From Octopus bimaculoides (taxonomy: Eukaryota): a stretch of 64,000 nt of DNA. The translations under genes were made by a program, and so were the position numbers. This document shows positions 63,790 through 64,000 of this stretch, one piece after another (position 1 is the stretch's first letter; each line of letters opens with the position of its first letter). The notes under the pieces are model-generated. The model ran no database searches. It was not told the origin of the DNA and saw only the letters and a program-made list of their open reading frames with translations. Location: positions 36,389,048 through 36,453,047 of the forward strand of contig NC_068993.1 of the NCBI RefSeq assembly GCF_001194135.2. The letters run 5' to 3'.

Positions 63790-64000
63790 TGTTTAACGTC
63801 CGCTTTCCATGCTAGCATGGGTTGGACGATTTGACTGAGGACTGGTGAAACCGGATGGTAACACCAGGCTCCAGTCTGATTTGGCAGAGTTTGTACAGCT
63901 GGATGCCCTTCCTAACGCCAACCACTCAGAGTGTAGTGGGTGCTTTTACGTGTCACTCGCACGAAAACGGCCACGCTCGAAATGGTGTCTTTTATGTGCC
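63790..64000 (-). mobile_element. RTE-tail element (family C), runs off the window
   Basis: Near-identical reverse complement of 40952-41096. Confidence 0.8.

Larger units (their letters stand above)
1..64000. repeat. Abundant microsatellites: (CA)n, (TA)n, (CATA)n, (GTCT)n, (ATT)n 23079-23120, (TAG)n 26290-26346
   Basis: Direct inspection; many border N-gaps. Confidence 0.95.

Noticed and set aside
1-64000. CRISPR array, rRNA or prokaryotic operon
   Set aside because: No repeat-spacer array or such genes seen; the sequence is eukaryotic.

Overview
AT-rich, repeat-dense animal genomic DNA with nine N-gaps. The SINE/RTE/microsatellite repertoire suggests an octopus short-read assembly (inference). 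Only one host gene is supported: a spliced LYRM5/ETFRF1 orthologue on the minus strand (coding exons 57987-58040 and 50498-50707, 87 aa; probable non-coding first exon ending at 59441). Its 7.3-kb coding intron holds a decayed Helitron, a scrambled Gypsy element and an RTE LINE 3' end. The rest is degraded mobile DNA: several tRNA-derived SINE families, mariner, Merlin, piggyBac-like and hAT-like elements, Penelope-like RT and RTE LINEs. The most notable structure is a set of retroelements sharing a 3' tail ending AATAAAGAAAT: a Tx1/L1-like LINE end, an apparently ORF1-only element and a SINE subfamily. All are inserted in a ~35-nt window of the head of one Nin/Deu-like SINE. Also noted: a hammerhead-ribozyme core, two near-perfect inverted duplications, and a left-to-right shift in CpG decay within repeats. 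No tools were used; family names are by motif recognition and are unverified.
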